In this document: positions 13,601 through 28,600 of the stretch, piece by piece
Position numbering within the stretch: position 1 is the stretch's first letter
How the letters are laid out: each line of letters opens with the position of its first letter
Source of the DNA: Phoronis australis
Lineage: Eukaryota; Animalia; Phoronida
Length of the DNA: 64,000 nt
NCBI GenBank assembly: GCA_002633005.1
Contig: NMRA01000025.1
Location: forward strand, 1,568,548-1,632,547
Direction of reading: 5' to 3'
Notes under the pieces: generated by a model
Database searches by the model: none
Seen by the model: the letters and a program-made list of their open reading frames with translations, nothing else
What the model was told of the DNA's origin: nothing
Made by a program: the position numbers and the translations under genes

Positions 13601-16600
13601 TTCAATTCTCTCATTCACAACGTATAGTACAGGGCTTGGAATGACCAGTCACAAAAAAGAAGAAAAATTTTGAGATGATGTAACATTCCATACTCAAATA
13701 AATAGGCTTGTATGATAGCAATATTTTTTGTGTCGTAACATTTTTTTGAAATAAACGTTTTACATGATAAATACAGAATAACGATAAAAAAGACAGAAAA
13801 AAGAAGCAACTGGAAATCAAAAAGAGAAAATTAAAACCAAAAAAGAGGAAATCCTCTTAAAAGAGGAAAACTCCAAGCCCTCATAGTATGCAATACTACT
13901 AGCCATATTCAGACATATAACAACTGTAAGACCAAATTCACCTAGAAAGCCCAGTTGTGTGTTGTCCACAAAGAATTCACAGCCATACACTTCCAATGGT
14001 TTCACATCCTGAAACGAGGAGAAAAACTTGTAACCGACTGACCATAAATGACAACTGCATATCAAAAAATTAGAGATTTCAGAAAGACGCAAGGCCTAAA
14101 GACTTGGTGAGAGTGTTCTTACGTAAACTGTTTCGTAACTATTGTCATACTCGAGGTGTATCCAATGGATGAAATGACGTCCACATATCAGACAATAACC
14201 AAAATTCTGTGATACCCTTTTGGTTATCAGATGCTGGAATCTTTTCTCATAAGGTACATAAATAATGCTGACCCTGATATCAGGAAGCGGCGGGGCTCAC
14301 TGGTTTGACCTTCATACTCCCGGTTACGAATCCTAGCTTTAATGGCTGACAATCGAGCATTACACAAAGGAGACTCCTACTCCTCCACCTTGCTCATGAA
14401 TGTATGCAAGAGAGTGAATGAGAACAGGCTGCTACCCAGATACTGTGATACTACAATGGATATCAACCCATTATCAATTCATAATTAATGCACCTATCTG
14501 GCTGACTTGACCGTAATCTCACGTTGCTACCCAGATACTGTGATACTCCTATGGATATATGGATATCAGCCTGTTATCAGTTCATAACTAATCCACCTAT
14601 CTGGCTGTCTTGACTGCCATATGGGGCTGCCACTTGGATACTATGATATTCCTATGGATATCACCTGCTCTTATCCGTTCTAATTAGTGCACCTACCCTA
14701 CTGACTTGGGACAGTGTCCTCATATCAGGCTGCCACCTAAATACTGTGATACTCTTTTGGATATCAGCAGCCAATATCAGATTCTTCACAGTCGTCAGTG
14801 AATGGATATACACCTGAGTGTCGATAAACGCCATGGCGATCAGATCCTTGTCTTTCAATTGCCACAGGTAAATCTATAATTGTGACACAATACAATAATT
14901 TGGCTGTGATAAAACATAACTTAACAATTTCCAGGAATTTCCAAAAGAACCCCCATAGAATACATTGGAAAGATGGCGAGATATCAGTATTTTCTCACAT
15001 TTATCATTAGCCAACAAATATGCCACCTAACAACGTCAATTTAAAACCACAGCTGACTGAGGACAGTTTGGACGGTAATACATGTTTCCAAAAGAGACCC
15101 AGCACTTTTTCTGAAAGAACCCCTTTGCAATTTGTTTGTGGATGCAAAACTACAACTGGGAATGTGCCCATTGACCTCTACTTTATGCAGAGCATCCATT
15201 TATAATGGTTAAACCTCACTAAGCATCTTCTGGCCTTCACCCGATTGCACTTTCCACAATATCCATGAGTCTGGGAATAACGAATGAACTAAAGAGACCA
15301 AATAAAGAATATTTTTACCTAACTTCCGCTAAAACGCGGAATATCTCGCTTGCCTCTACCAGTGCTTTCAGGCAAAATTCAGTCAATATTTTTTTAAGTT
15401 AATACTATTTTAAATGTTTTCTCACGGTTGCACAAGAGTACTTTCCAAAAAAACTTCGAGAAGTCACGGTTAATTGTAAAACCAATCTATAAGTTATAAT
15501 GCACATTTCAAATAATGCAACAGAAAGGCCTTTATACACACAAACATGTTGGACAGGGGTGGCAGTGTCAGCCTCATCAGAACAGCCTCTCCCCTCACAA
15601 TGCATTTTGTCGCGTACCTGTTTAGTCTGTTCTCCACTTGTGCTACCTCATCAAAATATTGTGAACTTTTGTCTTGATAATGGTTTAGAGACAATAAACC
15701 GATACGTCGATTAATACAATGTCGTTGTTTATATATGCCATGATTTTAAATTTCGTACTAAGGCCAAAAACGAATGTGATCAATGGACAATACACACATT
15801 GAACATTATGACATGTTCAAGTTGCTGTACCCAAAATAAGCAAACGACTGTTAAAATTCAAAATTAAACCCAATCTTTTTAACATACATCCATATAAATC
15901 ATAATCTCTGCCCACAAAGTATCCTCAAATTCACGTGTCCTTGAATTTTCTAAGAATGACTGTAAAAATATTTAGTTAGTGTCCCAGAGAAGTCTGAAAC
16001 AATGTCAATCAAAGGCCAGTGACCTCAACGTGTTTGTGAAACAATGTCAATCAAAGGCCAGTGATCTCAACGTGTTAGTAAAACAATGTCAATCAAACAC
16101 CAGTGACCTCAATGTGTTAGTCAAAAAAAACAAAAAAAATCAGAAATGAGAAAAACCTTAAAAACAACCAAAAAATGGTAAAAAACATGGATTCGGCAAC
16201 TTAAATAATAGCTCCTTATTACAAGGCAAATTTATCTCGCTAGGACGGTATGCACCAACATTACGCCACCATCTCTTAGATAAAAGTGCTTACTTTTTGC
16301 CCTACAGCAGAGACAAGGTACCCCTGTACGTGAGCCAGGGCAGACACAGGGCCTTTCTGCTCCTTATCGTATAGCACCTTGATTTTGTTCTTGGTCAGCG
16401 GCTGACCAGGCTCGGGCACCACTTCAATGATGTCGAAGATTATAATCTGAAAGTCACAAATGAGGACTTTTTAGAGATGAAACGCGCCGTTGCAAAATGT
16501 GAAAAATACAAAGACAAAAAAAAACATGGATGGATAAATTTTGGGTAAAAATGAAATGACAAGTGAACTATAATAATCAAAACTTACAACAGTGACAAGA

Positions 16601-19600
16601 GCGTTAAACTTTTAAGTACATTGTAATATGCTTAATGATTTGGAACATTTGTAGCGACCTCTTTCTGAAGGCTGTATGATATCAAATGGTTTTACAGAAA
16701 TTGAAGTGTAATTTTGATACTATGACATCCCTTCAAATGAACCTAAACATCTTGGTAAATAAATTCGTACTTGTATCTGAAATCATACCCACTAACCCAA
16801 TTCAGAGTAACTCACCCTGCCTCTGGATGTTATATCTTCACTGTTGCAGTAAGTGGTTCCCACGGCGATGCAAGGCTGCATCCCGGAGGCCACACCTTCG
16901 GATTTCAACATCACGTTCTGTAGACACGTGGCATGTTCCCATTCGTCAAGTTCTAACCTGAATAGTACACTTCAGTTTTTAGTATCTGTTGCTGTGGTTG
17001 AAGTGTCTATCAGTCACCATTGGATGAATGGAATCATGTGAATTCCAAAGCGCCACCAAGTGACTACCTTGTGAACTACAAGTCTAAAAATTGTATTCCG
17101 GAAAAGAGATGGCGAATATTCAAACCATAGTCCATGTGAGCACAATATAAATATCACACATAAACAAGAATTGCTTCTATATTATCAAATAAACATTCAC
17201 AACTATTTAAATCTATATCAAGATTCAACCAGAGACAAACACATTTTCAGCTCAGAGTGAAAGTGTAGTTTTTGGTGATAACCGTTGACATAGCTACTTA
17301 CTTAGTGCCAGGCACCATTTCCCAGCTGACTGGTGAAAACAAATACACTACAAACTTGTCAGAGAAGGGATAAACAAATCTATCATCTGAAACAAACATT
17401 TAAATTACACTGTGGACCACAGCAAAATATACATTTAGGTGGTGGCATTTGACTTATGCCCATCTTCACAGTTCAATTTGTTTGCAATTTTGACACTTTA
17501 TATTAATTTAAATAAAAAATTGCAAATAGTGGTTTCCCACAAACTAGCATTAGGTCATATAATACACAATTAAAAAAACACGCAACAGAAACACTTAGTG
17601 TTATCAGGCGGCAACTGACAACATGAATACAGACTGTTTAAGAACATATTAACAAATGTAGTATATCCTCTTGTCATATAAAACTTGTATTTTTACAGGT
17701 AACAAAGTACTGTTGACCAGTGTGAAACACAATCAGATTTTGAGAGAAAAACTCAAGTTGGTTTCTAACCATAGCTGTCTGTTATTCAACAAAATCTCTG
17801 AATGTACCGACTGACCTCTTTCTATAAACTCATCCTCCTTCTCGTCGCCGACAATCTTAGTGAGTTTCATACATGTCTCTGTCTGACACGTGATCATCGC
17901 GTACACTTTGCTCTCTGTGTGGTAACAAAGGAAGCGGGCCGTGCAGCGGAGCGGCACCTTCCTCACTGGCCAGTGGGCATCGTAGGACAGATGCGTGGGC
18001 AGGACAGAGATACGCAGCTCACCCTAATGGACATCACAGAAATTACCAAATATTATTTAATCCATCACTTGGCAAGAACATGCAAAACAGTATTAATGAA
18101 GACCAATGAATAATTGGGAGTTTGTTAGTTGAAATTTAATGTACCATAGGCCACATGGCTATCAGGTGAATGGCAAATAGACTGATTCTGGGCTCAGAGT
18201 TATTTTAATAACTTAAAAGCATTTAATAGCCAGTAAGCAAATGTTCTCTGTACAGGAATAAACCAGAGCCATGGACATTTTCCAAATACAACAGAAGCAG
18301 TCTGAGATACACACGTGTTCTCTCAATCACAGCTATTCACAACCATCAAAAACACCAACCTGTCGGTTGAAATAAAGGAATCCTTTGGGACAGTTCACAT
18401 TGTGAAAGGCAGCAAAGCACATGACAGCGCCATCTATTGACATGGGATGAGTCCTCAGACACCCCTTGGCAGTCATTATCAGCCAGTGTGGATATGGGCC
18501 ACACACAAATACCTTTAAGTAAGTGTAGAAGCTGGTTATTAGACTGCCATAGAAACATCAGTAATCAGATTGTAATCAACTATACCAAATGAGCACAGGG
18601 GAGATAACCACAGTCTTCTGCTGATGACCAAAGAAGTTGCTGCGCCTTGTGATAATACATGAAATGATTTAAAAAGACTTACAGAGAATGTGAATTTATT
18701 AAAATGCAGACATCAAAAGTGCCAATGTCCTTTTAGATTATTCTTGGAATCAATTAATTTCTAAGAATATCAGTGAAATGTTTTCATGACCTCAAAACAA
18801 ATTACACTGCTGTGTCACTGAAAACATACTCTCTGTCAAATGCAGAGCCACCATCGGTCTACAGATATTTCAACACCTCATTGCCTGGAAAAGGATATTT
18901 TATGGTAAAGCTTATATTTGCATACCGGCATCACCAAGCATGATGTATGCAAGAATGCAATTTGTCATTGGCTGAGAGATCTGACCCTATGATCTAAAGC
19001 ACTACCACCACCATAGCCACATTTCCAAACTCACCCCTGAGTATCCGCTGATGTCCTGAAAGTAACGCAGAAATTTCCCCTCCATTGCTGGCTTAGAATC
19101 CTCATCAGCAGCTCCCTCTGCCTTCTTCCTCTTAACAAACTTACGTTCACGTAGAATCAGTCCGTGATCGATCTTTTTGAACCTCACTTTCAAGTGATTG
19201 TCGATGTTGGCCTGGTGGTAGGGGAATGCTTCGTAGAGCAGAAGGTCTTGATCGACACGAGCCTACAAATGGATAATAAAGCAAGGCAGGTGAATATTAA
19301 ACATTTGTATACTAGAACACAAGTGTCGCACAGCAATGAAATGGTAGGAATAGTCACAAACAATGCAACATCAGTTGCACACAATCAGCACGCAGCAGTT
19401 TCCATGCCTCGCACTGGAACCGATTTCCATCACGTAGGGATAATTTTTGCGACTTACAGCCAAATCCGGATGATGAGCAGAGAGCGAGCACTCAATTGTT
19501 CATGCCTCACAGACATGCATGTGAGTGTACCTTCAATTTGGATATTTTTATAGTAACATAGCTCACTTATCGCGTGAAGTTGATTCTCGTTAGCAAGCTG

Positions 19601-22600
19601 CGCCCAGGGCTCCTCCATGTGCGTACAAGCTGTGACGTGCATGCTGCCATAGCCAAACGTAAATTGCACAGTTGCCATGTCAAGTGCACCATTATAAGAC
19701 ACCCACCTATTATGTCAAAGACTGGGAGTTTAATCCTCCTAGAAAACGCAGCTAGATCTTTGGACCAGGATTCCACCTCATTATATTAACTTGACAGTGT
19801 GAATAAAATTATGTCTCACTACCAAAAGTGCTATCAATGGCCAAAATTCTAATTGAAAAAAGACTGTTCACAGATATTTCTTTCCAACAGAGGTGAATTC
19901 GAGTTAAACGTGAACCGGTGACATACGTACCATTAAATAAGGGCGTGTGCCTTTATTTCCCATGCCGACCAATAGCAGCTCTTTGACCTGGGGCAACTCT
20001 GAGAGGTCAGGCACCTTCTCAGAACCCTCCGACGAAGAGATACTGTCGACAAGCACCTTGTGGCCAATTGGAAACAACTTAACACTGAACACCAGCTTGA
20101 AGTCAGGGAGGGTGAAAATCTGAAGGGAAAGAGGGGTCGTTTATAACAGGTTGGATGAGCTGTTTTATAATCTTGGTATATCTGTAAACTGGCTATTAAC
20201 AGTCTACAACAAGAGAATAATTTTGCACACTGTGGCTAGCATCCATTGTGCTTCACTGAAGTTGCGAGTTGGATTTACTGGCAGATTTGGCCACTCACAA
20301 CTGGTTCAGCGATCATAAGGATTCGACTCTCATCCAGCACTTATTTGTACATTATTAGTGTTCAAAGAGTATGCATTTTGTAAGGTAATGTTCTAGGCTA
20401 TCAGGAAATTAAAATTGTTTAACTCAATTAATTTTGGATGGCAGACTATTCCTATTATAGCAGTTCTTTGAAAAGAAATTACATCACAAACCTCAAGCAA
20501 TCCATTTTCTCTATAGAGAGCCACCCAGAAGCTTGTTTTGATCTCTTGTGCAGCGTTCTCTTTGATCTTTGACGCTCTAAATAAACAGATTTCAACCAAT
20601 GAGATCTCATTGATCAACATTCAGTTGAAGAAATTGACCAATAACAAAAACTGCCCTATAACTGTTTGCTGAAGAAGGTTTCGTAAAATGAAACAGCTAA
20701 AAGTGTTGTGAAAAGTCATGAAAATTTGGTATTAAATAAGAAAGACTGTTACAAAAAATTACGACATGTTCAGTAAGAATAAGAATCCACATGTACGAGC
20801 ACTAACCAATTATTTTTGCTCAGTATCAAAGTCGTTCATCCACCTGGTAATCATACATTCAAAAACCACAAAAAATACTTCCTTAATTTTCCTGACACCA
20901 GCTGCTTGTGACAACCGATCTTCGCCCTAAAAGTCATTGTGCCCTAGCACGTTTATTCCCGAACTTGCTGAAGGCTTGCTTCACTCCCTGACGATCACTT
21001 TGCTCAAATAAAATGATTTACAAAGAAGCGTGACTTGCGACCAGAGTGAGGTGTCACCCCCATAAGGATTGACTTGTAGAGCAAATTTAGCACAACCCCC
21101 AAGGTAAACCACGACTCATTTGACATTTGAACTTACTTGGGTTCTTTATCTTCAGTCTTGGGTGTTGGACTAGTGAATGCAACAGGTTCTGAGTCACCAT
21201 ACAACATTTCATCCTCATCGTCAGCTGTGGTGGTACTGCAAGCAAAGCAAAACTTTACTTGTCACCAGATTCAATGCAAACTGACTTGTATGGGTTAAAA
21301 CATAATGGAAAGGTTATAGAGACATGTGTCTACCAAATTTAAAATACTAAATGGAGTTATGTAGAAATGAAATTTTTATGGATTTGGAGTTTTTGGCGTC
21401 ACTCAGTAGTTCTTCTTGGCCGTGACTCTCACTCAGTAGTTCTTCTTGGCCGTGACTCACCCTCAACTAATCACACACTTCACATTCACTAATTAATAAC
21501 ACTATGCAAAGCATTCAAAAATCGCCGTTATTACGAAACAAGGCCAACAGGTGGCATGAAAGTGACTAACAATGCCTTTCTGTTACTGACATGAAAGTGA
21601 CTAACAATACCTTTCTGTAAACAATACCTTTCTGTTACAGGTATGAAAGTGACAAACAATACCTTTCTGACTATATCTATCTACAACAGTACATTCCTAC
21701 ACAAAAAACTGCAGTTTCTCAAACTATATCACATACCACCTAAAGTACTTCTGACCAACAACGTCCAATTACAAAGCTTTATTTCTTCTTGTATATCACA
21801 TTTAAATTCAATGAAAAGGGCTTGAAGTGATTAAGCACATAAAGGTTAACTAAAGGAACATAAATAATTAGGAGAGAAAATCTGACAAAAAAATAAAAAT
21901 TTTCAGCACAGAAAGTTTGACAAATGAATAATAAAAAATTAACTAATAAGTAATCAAACATATAATGAAGACAAAAGTCTAGATTTTCACTAACTTTTGT
22001 TCCAATAATGACAAGCAATACAAACCTATTGTCAAACGTGAACACAGATGAATCTAACTTTGTCCTGGCATCTGTCATTTCCGGAACAATCTCTGACACT
22101 TTGCCCGTTGTGGTGAACATGTTACTAAAATCTTTGTATGCACATAGCGTGACCACCTTGGACTTCTGCACATAGAAAACAAAATAGCAGAAACTGAGGC
22201 AGAAAAAAATAGCTTCAAAAGGAAAAATACAGGCATACTTTTCTGTTCAGTATACAGAATACTTGTCTCAGTCAATGAGCATTTACAGGAAACCTGGCAC
22301 ACAATCCAAATTCAGTTCGGAGTGAGTGACTAGATTGTTTAACATTGAAGTTAAATTAATGATGCAGTATTCAAAAACAATTCTGGTCAAAAGGAAATAA
22401 TTCGGTAGTCTACAAATGAAACTGAATACACAAACCATTTTGAATTATCGCTAGGAATTGTACTGGAACAAAAGGTTTGAATCTCATTTTAAGGTTTATG
22501 TAAGAGCACCATACCTGTGATACCTGGGGCCTAAGTACAGCCAGCCTGACCCCAGAGCCAAACTGGTCTTGTCGGAGGGTCAGCATCATAATTTGACCCT

Positions 22601-25600
22601 TCTCACTCAAGATGAGAACGAAGGGGTCGGCAACAGAACAGTGGACGAGGGGAGAGCCAATATCAATAGGGATGTGCTGAAGTTGTGTCGCTGTTAAGAC
22701 AACAATTAATCATATAAAGCCAATACGGTCAGGGAGAAAGTACATGTTATGATACTAATTGCATATGCTTAAGATACTGTCAGCAGGGTACTGTTATTGA
22801 CAGATACCACAGACACATATTTCTATACTACACAGTCATCAGGATTCAAAATACTAGAGCAAAGCTGAACATTGATGCGCATCCACCTTGCGCATGGCAT
22901 ACAGAGCAGACGCAAGAGATGAGTCATTATTTAAACATTTCCACCAAAGGGAGCAATGCTAGTAAACTGAAAATAGCCCCGGGGGAGGGGGGAGGTGAAG
23001 ACCAACTTAGTACCACTCTCCTCAATAGGAACACACTTGCCAACTTTCATCTTGACTCTTCAAGTAGTTTGGATATGAAGGTGGACGACAAAGAACAGCC
23101 ATGAAAACAATAAAAAGGCCACTTGGGGGCGCAATGTAGGTTGAACCCATTTGAAACAGGGCAGGCGCTGTCATCTACCTGATAGTGAAAAGGGTACAAG
23201 CTCTCTGATGTCTTTTGCAGAGCATGAGACATGAGCAGGTATCATGATTGGGCCCACTGCACGAAACATCTGAGCTAAAACTCAAAAGAGCATTGATATC
23301 AATCAACAGGTTTCTTGTGAAAGAAGTTTTCCAGATTGTCTGTCTCCTTTAAGAAAATGGANAGTACATGTTATGATACTAATTGCATACGCTTAAGATA
23401 CTGTCAGCAGGGTACTGTTATTGACATATACCACAGACACATATTTCTATACTACACAGTCATCAGGATTCAAAATACTAGAACAAAGCTGAACATTGAT
23501 GCGCACCCACCTTGCGCATGGCATACAGAGCAGGCACAAGAGATGAGTCAATATTTAAACATTTCCACCAAAGGGAGCAATGCTAGTAAACTGAAAATAG
23601 CCCCGGGGGAGGGGGGATGGGGGACGGGGGAGGTGAAGACTAAGTTAGTAACACACTTGCCAACTTTCATCATGACTCTTCAAGTAGTTTGGATATGAAG
23701 GTGCACGACAAAGAACAGCCACGAAAACAATAAAAAGGCCACTTGGGGGCACAATGTAGGTTGAACCCATTTGAAACAGGGTAGGCGCTGTCATCTACCT
23801 GATAGTGAAAAGGGTACAAGCTCTCTGATGTCTTTTGCAGAGCATGAGACATGAGCAGGTATCATGGTTGGGCCCACTGCATGAAACATCTGAGCTAAAA
23901 CTCACAAGAGCATTGATATCAATCAACAGGTTCCTTGTGAAAGAAATTTTCAAGATTGTCTGTCTCCTTTAAGAAAATGGACAGGCTTTTCCATTTGTTG
24001 CCATGCACTATATGTTGTAGGCATGTAACAGTGCCATCCAATAGGTTGATCCTTAGCCTATAAAAAGCTGAAGAAAACTTCACCAGGTGTTCAAGGGTTT
24101 CAACATCAGCACCACACCTAGGACACACTTGTTTACCCATAGTAACTTATTTTCTAAATTTCGTATCAATCCATCAAGAAGCTTGGTAAATATCAAGGTA
24201 AATACAAAGAAAAAAAAATTGCCACCAATGGACTCTGCAAACCTCTGATTTGTCCCAGAATCCACTTCAGTTGTACTCTCCTCCATAAAAACACAAACAA
24301 ATTTTATGAAGACTTATCAAGGAACTTGGTAGACACCTAAGGGTGCACAGCAATGACAAATGTCCGAATATCATCATTAGCCATGCACTTCCCAGAAGAA
24401 ACTATGCTAATTTTCAGAATCCACGGATAGACAGAGAGGTGGACACCAAAACCCTATTTGCCAACTGTTGCCTCCAACAAAAATACATCCAAGACAAAAC
24501 AAGGATATATAGGCAAGCATAAAAATTTGTCACTAGGGAGCACAAAGGAAGTTGAATCGACTCGAAAAATCATTTGTGTGGTACCAAATCCATGATAGAA
24601 ACATGTCTGCAAAATTTCATTCAAATCCACTCAGGGGTCTTGGAGGTACAGCAGTAGGCACTAGGCGGACTGACACCGGACCCTCGACAGATGGATAGGG
24701 AAGACGCCCACATGCATATAGATATGTGGGCCCATAAATATGGATTCAGAATACAAAATTATTCGAATACAAAATTATTCTCTTCCCCTCTAGCGCTCAC
24801 TCCTTCAAGCAAATCCTACTAAACCACATCATCTGACCCTTAAGTAAATAAACCAACATTCTGTTGGAGAAACTAAATTTCGCTCTACACCACTCAGCCA
24901 ATAAATTGACACAGCCTGAAAAATCAACTTGTAGCCTTGTGTCAAGCAACAACAAACTGTAAGATCTTTAGAGGCCCGGAAATCCTTCCTATTTTGACTA
25001 ACAAACAGTTTGATACCAATTTTATAATCTTGGTACATGATTTAAATAAAATAACTGGTTTATAGCCACTTCAAGTCTCGCGATAATTAAAACAGTTTTA
25101 ACTTGTGTGTGCACATGTTGTGTGTTGGAGTACATCCGACAATTAGCATGTCTTCAGTCAAAAAGTAAGAAGTTATTAGAAGAAGGCAGGTTGCAAAACC
25201 AACATTATCCAAAAATGCTAAAGAACAGCGACTTTCATCAAAACGGAATATATTGGGATATGACGCGTTTCATGCAGGCAACATGGCAAATTCCACAAAA
25301 AAGCACAAGCAATTAAACGAGTTGTGAAGATTACAACTTTCTACAAGCCTTACTCCACCTGCACGATCACCATGGTTACATAGACACAAAAATTAAAAAC
25401 ATGGTCGATCATTTGCAAACAGCCAGCCTAGTAAATGGAACCACATACCCCCTTCCAGTAGCCTGACTCCATTGGGCGACACCTGCATTATATATTTATT
25501 GCCTCCTATGTTGCCTGCGTAGACTGTGGGTGCTTGAGTACTAAAGCCACTGTGATCAAGTTCCATCATCTCTTGACCAGTCTGAAGGATCTACCAATGA

Positions 25601-28600
25601 ACAAATGTGTACAATGCCCAATGAACAAATGCATTTACAAAAATACACATTTTCCTGTTCCTACTGATGATCTCCACATGCTTTAAGGAAATTTTTAATT
25701 TATATGTCATCTGTTAACCTGCCAGCATACAATTTGAAAGCTTTTTGACAATGTTGATAAATACGGACAATCTCACATCTAAATTAAATGGATAAAAAAG
25801 GTTGCTGACTAGTCATTTATCCAACAGAATCAAGTTTGAATTATTTTGGAGTCTTAAGAAGATTGTTGTGTGAACTTTTGATGACAGAAGCTCAAAAAAC
25901 ATTTTCAAGCCTTGAAATAGATTTTTGTTTTTTACTTAAATTGGTTGCCCGCAACCGCGATTCAAGTTTGGGTGTTTTAGTGATGTTAAGTAAGACATAA
26001 GAAAGTGGATAAATGGAACTAACAAGGAGACATAATTCTTAATTATTTAGTAAACTAAAACAGGTGTGTTTCTGTGCCGGAAATTATGTACAAAGTATGA
26101 AACACCACATTTTCCAAGATAAGCAAAATTACCTTAATGGGTAAATTTTAAACTGAGAACATTCAATTTTCAATCTTTGGTCTTGTGAGACTTTCATGTC
26201 AGAAAAAGTTGTTTTTTAGGTCAATAATAAAATCATGCTTTTGGTACAAAGTAAAAAGATGCAGAAAAGAACTGATGCTCAGCACATTCACATTCAACAG
26301 ACACACAGTCAAGCCTTAAACAAAGGCAAAATGAAAGGGCCACGTCAAAAATGTTCTCTTTAAGGTATAAATTAAAATGAAGAATTTTCTCGATTGTGTT
26401 ATTTGCAACAAAATTAAACAGCCCAAACATTAAAAGTTCAAAAATAAAATACCTTACCAGCCTACCCACCTATCTCAGATGAGCGAGGGTGGGGCGACAA
26501 AAAAAATTTAGGGATGTACGAATAAAAATTACCTTTTGCTTATGATACAGCTAAGCATTTAATATGACTTGTCAATTTTTATAACCTTACCATAGTGGAT
26601 TCCTCTCGACTCAGAATAAGAAACGCATGCCGTTCCTCAGAGTCACCCTCCAATTTCTCTTCAGACGAAGATGGACCAATCACAGTCCACATGTCGAGGC
26701 AGCCTGGGAGTTCAAAGGTCGTCACCACCTGTGGCCTGATGGATCGCTACAAAACGAAACAGCATAAGAACTATTGGAATACAAGCACATTACTAACAAT
26801 TGTTGTCGAGATCAGAATGTTACCTAAATTACCATGTGATCCGCAAAGGAGAGTTAGATGGTCACACTATAGTAAAATATGTCATTAGTGCCATTTTCGC
26901 ATCATACTCATATATACGGTGTTTAATAGAAATGAAAATCAGTTACCTCCTGTCGTCCTATGTAAATATCCTGATGATGTCTAACGAATAGACGAAACGT
27001 TGATTTATTATGAACTTCTTCATTTGTGCGGCGATCGTCTGATTTTAAATCTCCTGTTTTTACATCATGCTCATGAATACGGTGTTTAATAGAAATGAAA
27101 ATCAGTTACCGCTCGTTTTCACATCTCGAAAAATTATAAGAAGTATTTGACTTGCAGTTTTAATTCGTTAACAAATCATAACAATGCTACATTATATATA
27201 TCAAACACTATATCCTGCATGTAACGTAATGTAATTCTCATCCCTCAGTTTGCTTACTAGAACCAGTAGTCAATATCTTATCTCGAGAGAGACATCGCTT
27301 GTTAAAACAAGTCATCCTTGTGACACCTAATGGGCCAGGTTGACAAATCGACAAATCGTCCTGTTCCTTAACCATTGAAATTCAGTTAACAAGTGCGTTT
27401 ATCTGATAAATTAATTTTATCCTTAACACTTCTACAAACAGCATTAAGAAATTTCATTATTACGGAACTGAAGGCTGTGTCTCGCCTAATCACTTGTTTC
27501 TTACGTTTTCGTCAATATGAGGCATCACGTGCACTAGAGAACACCCAAAGAGTTCTCTTACCAATACATATAAGTTTTATTTATGATGGCAGTATGGCTA
27601 CTTGTCAAATTACGGAAAAGTGTGTTCACATACCCGACGTGACAAGAGCAAAAGTGTGTTCACATACCCGACGTGAAAAGAGCAAAAGGGTGTTCACACT
27701 TCTGACGTGACAAGAGCAAAAGCAGCACATCTGTACTTGTACATAAGCAGCTCATAATTACTAACAATTATTGGGAGACAATAAATTCAACAGATGGCAC
27801 TTGTGAGCCAAAGGTCCTAACCACCTTCATAATCATCATTCATTGTACACCGTAGGCATTGCCTACTCATATATAAATACATAAATTCAAATGTATATTC
27901 AGAGTATTTACACAAAGAGTAGTTCTTCTCTTAAAGCCATATCCTTCTGAATATACAATGCAAGGCGCTGGATACTGTCATGATTTTTCTTTTGAAATAT
28001 AACAAGAGAAAACAGTCACAAGTTCTGGTAGAAGATTTTTTTAAGGTCTCCAAGAGCAGAGCATCGACACATGAAATGAGGCTCATCTTCAATTTCACCC
28101 AGACTGCATGTGCCGCATATTCACTCTACCCATACAATTTCATGCGTTCAGGTAATCACAAAAGACCGTTAGCCCACAGATGCCCTTTTGCTTATGAACT
28201 GTGCTCTGCCCTCAGTATATTCAGGTGTTAAACAGAGGAGTGTATATTCACTAGCGCCACACGGTGAGTATTAAGTCCCCAATTAATAAGTATGTTTTCA
28301 GTCACCTGCACAACTGTCAGAGCTCCATTCTTGCTATAGCCCGATGTGGTCACCAGTTCAATGTCTGGGTCAACGGATGTGTTGAACTCTTCCGAGAGAA
28401 ACGCTGGCTCACCCATCACCATGCGGCCACAGGGGCCTATGTTGGTAATGCTGTCGCACACCTGTTTAGAAACATGGCACACCTGATTAACAACAAAGAA
28501 AGGTAACACGCAGGAACCACTAACAACTGGCTTTGATTTAATACAACATGTGGAGTTACTGGAAATTCAGGGGCATCACTGACCACACTAAGGCTACCTA

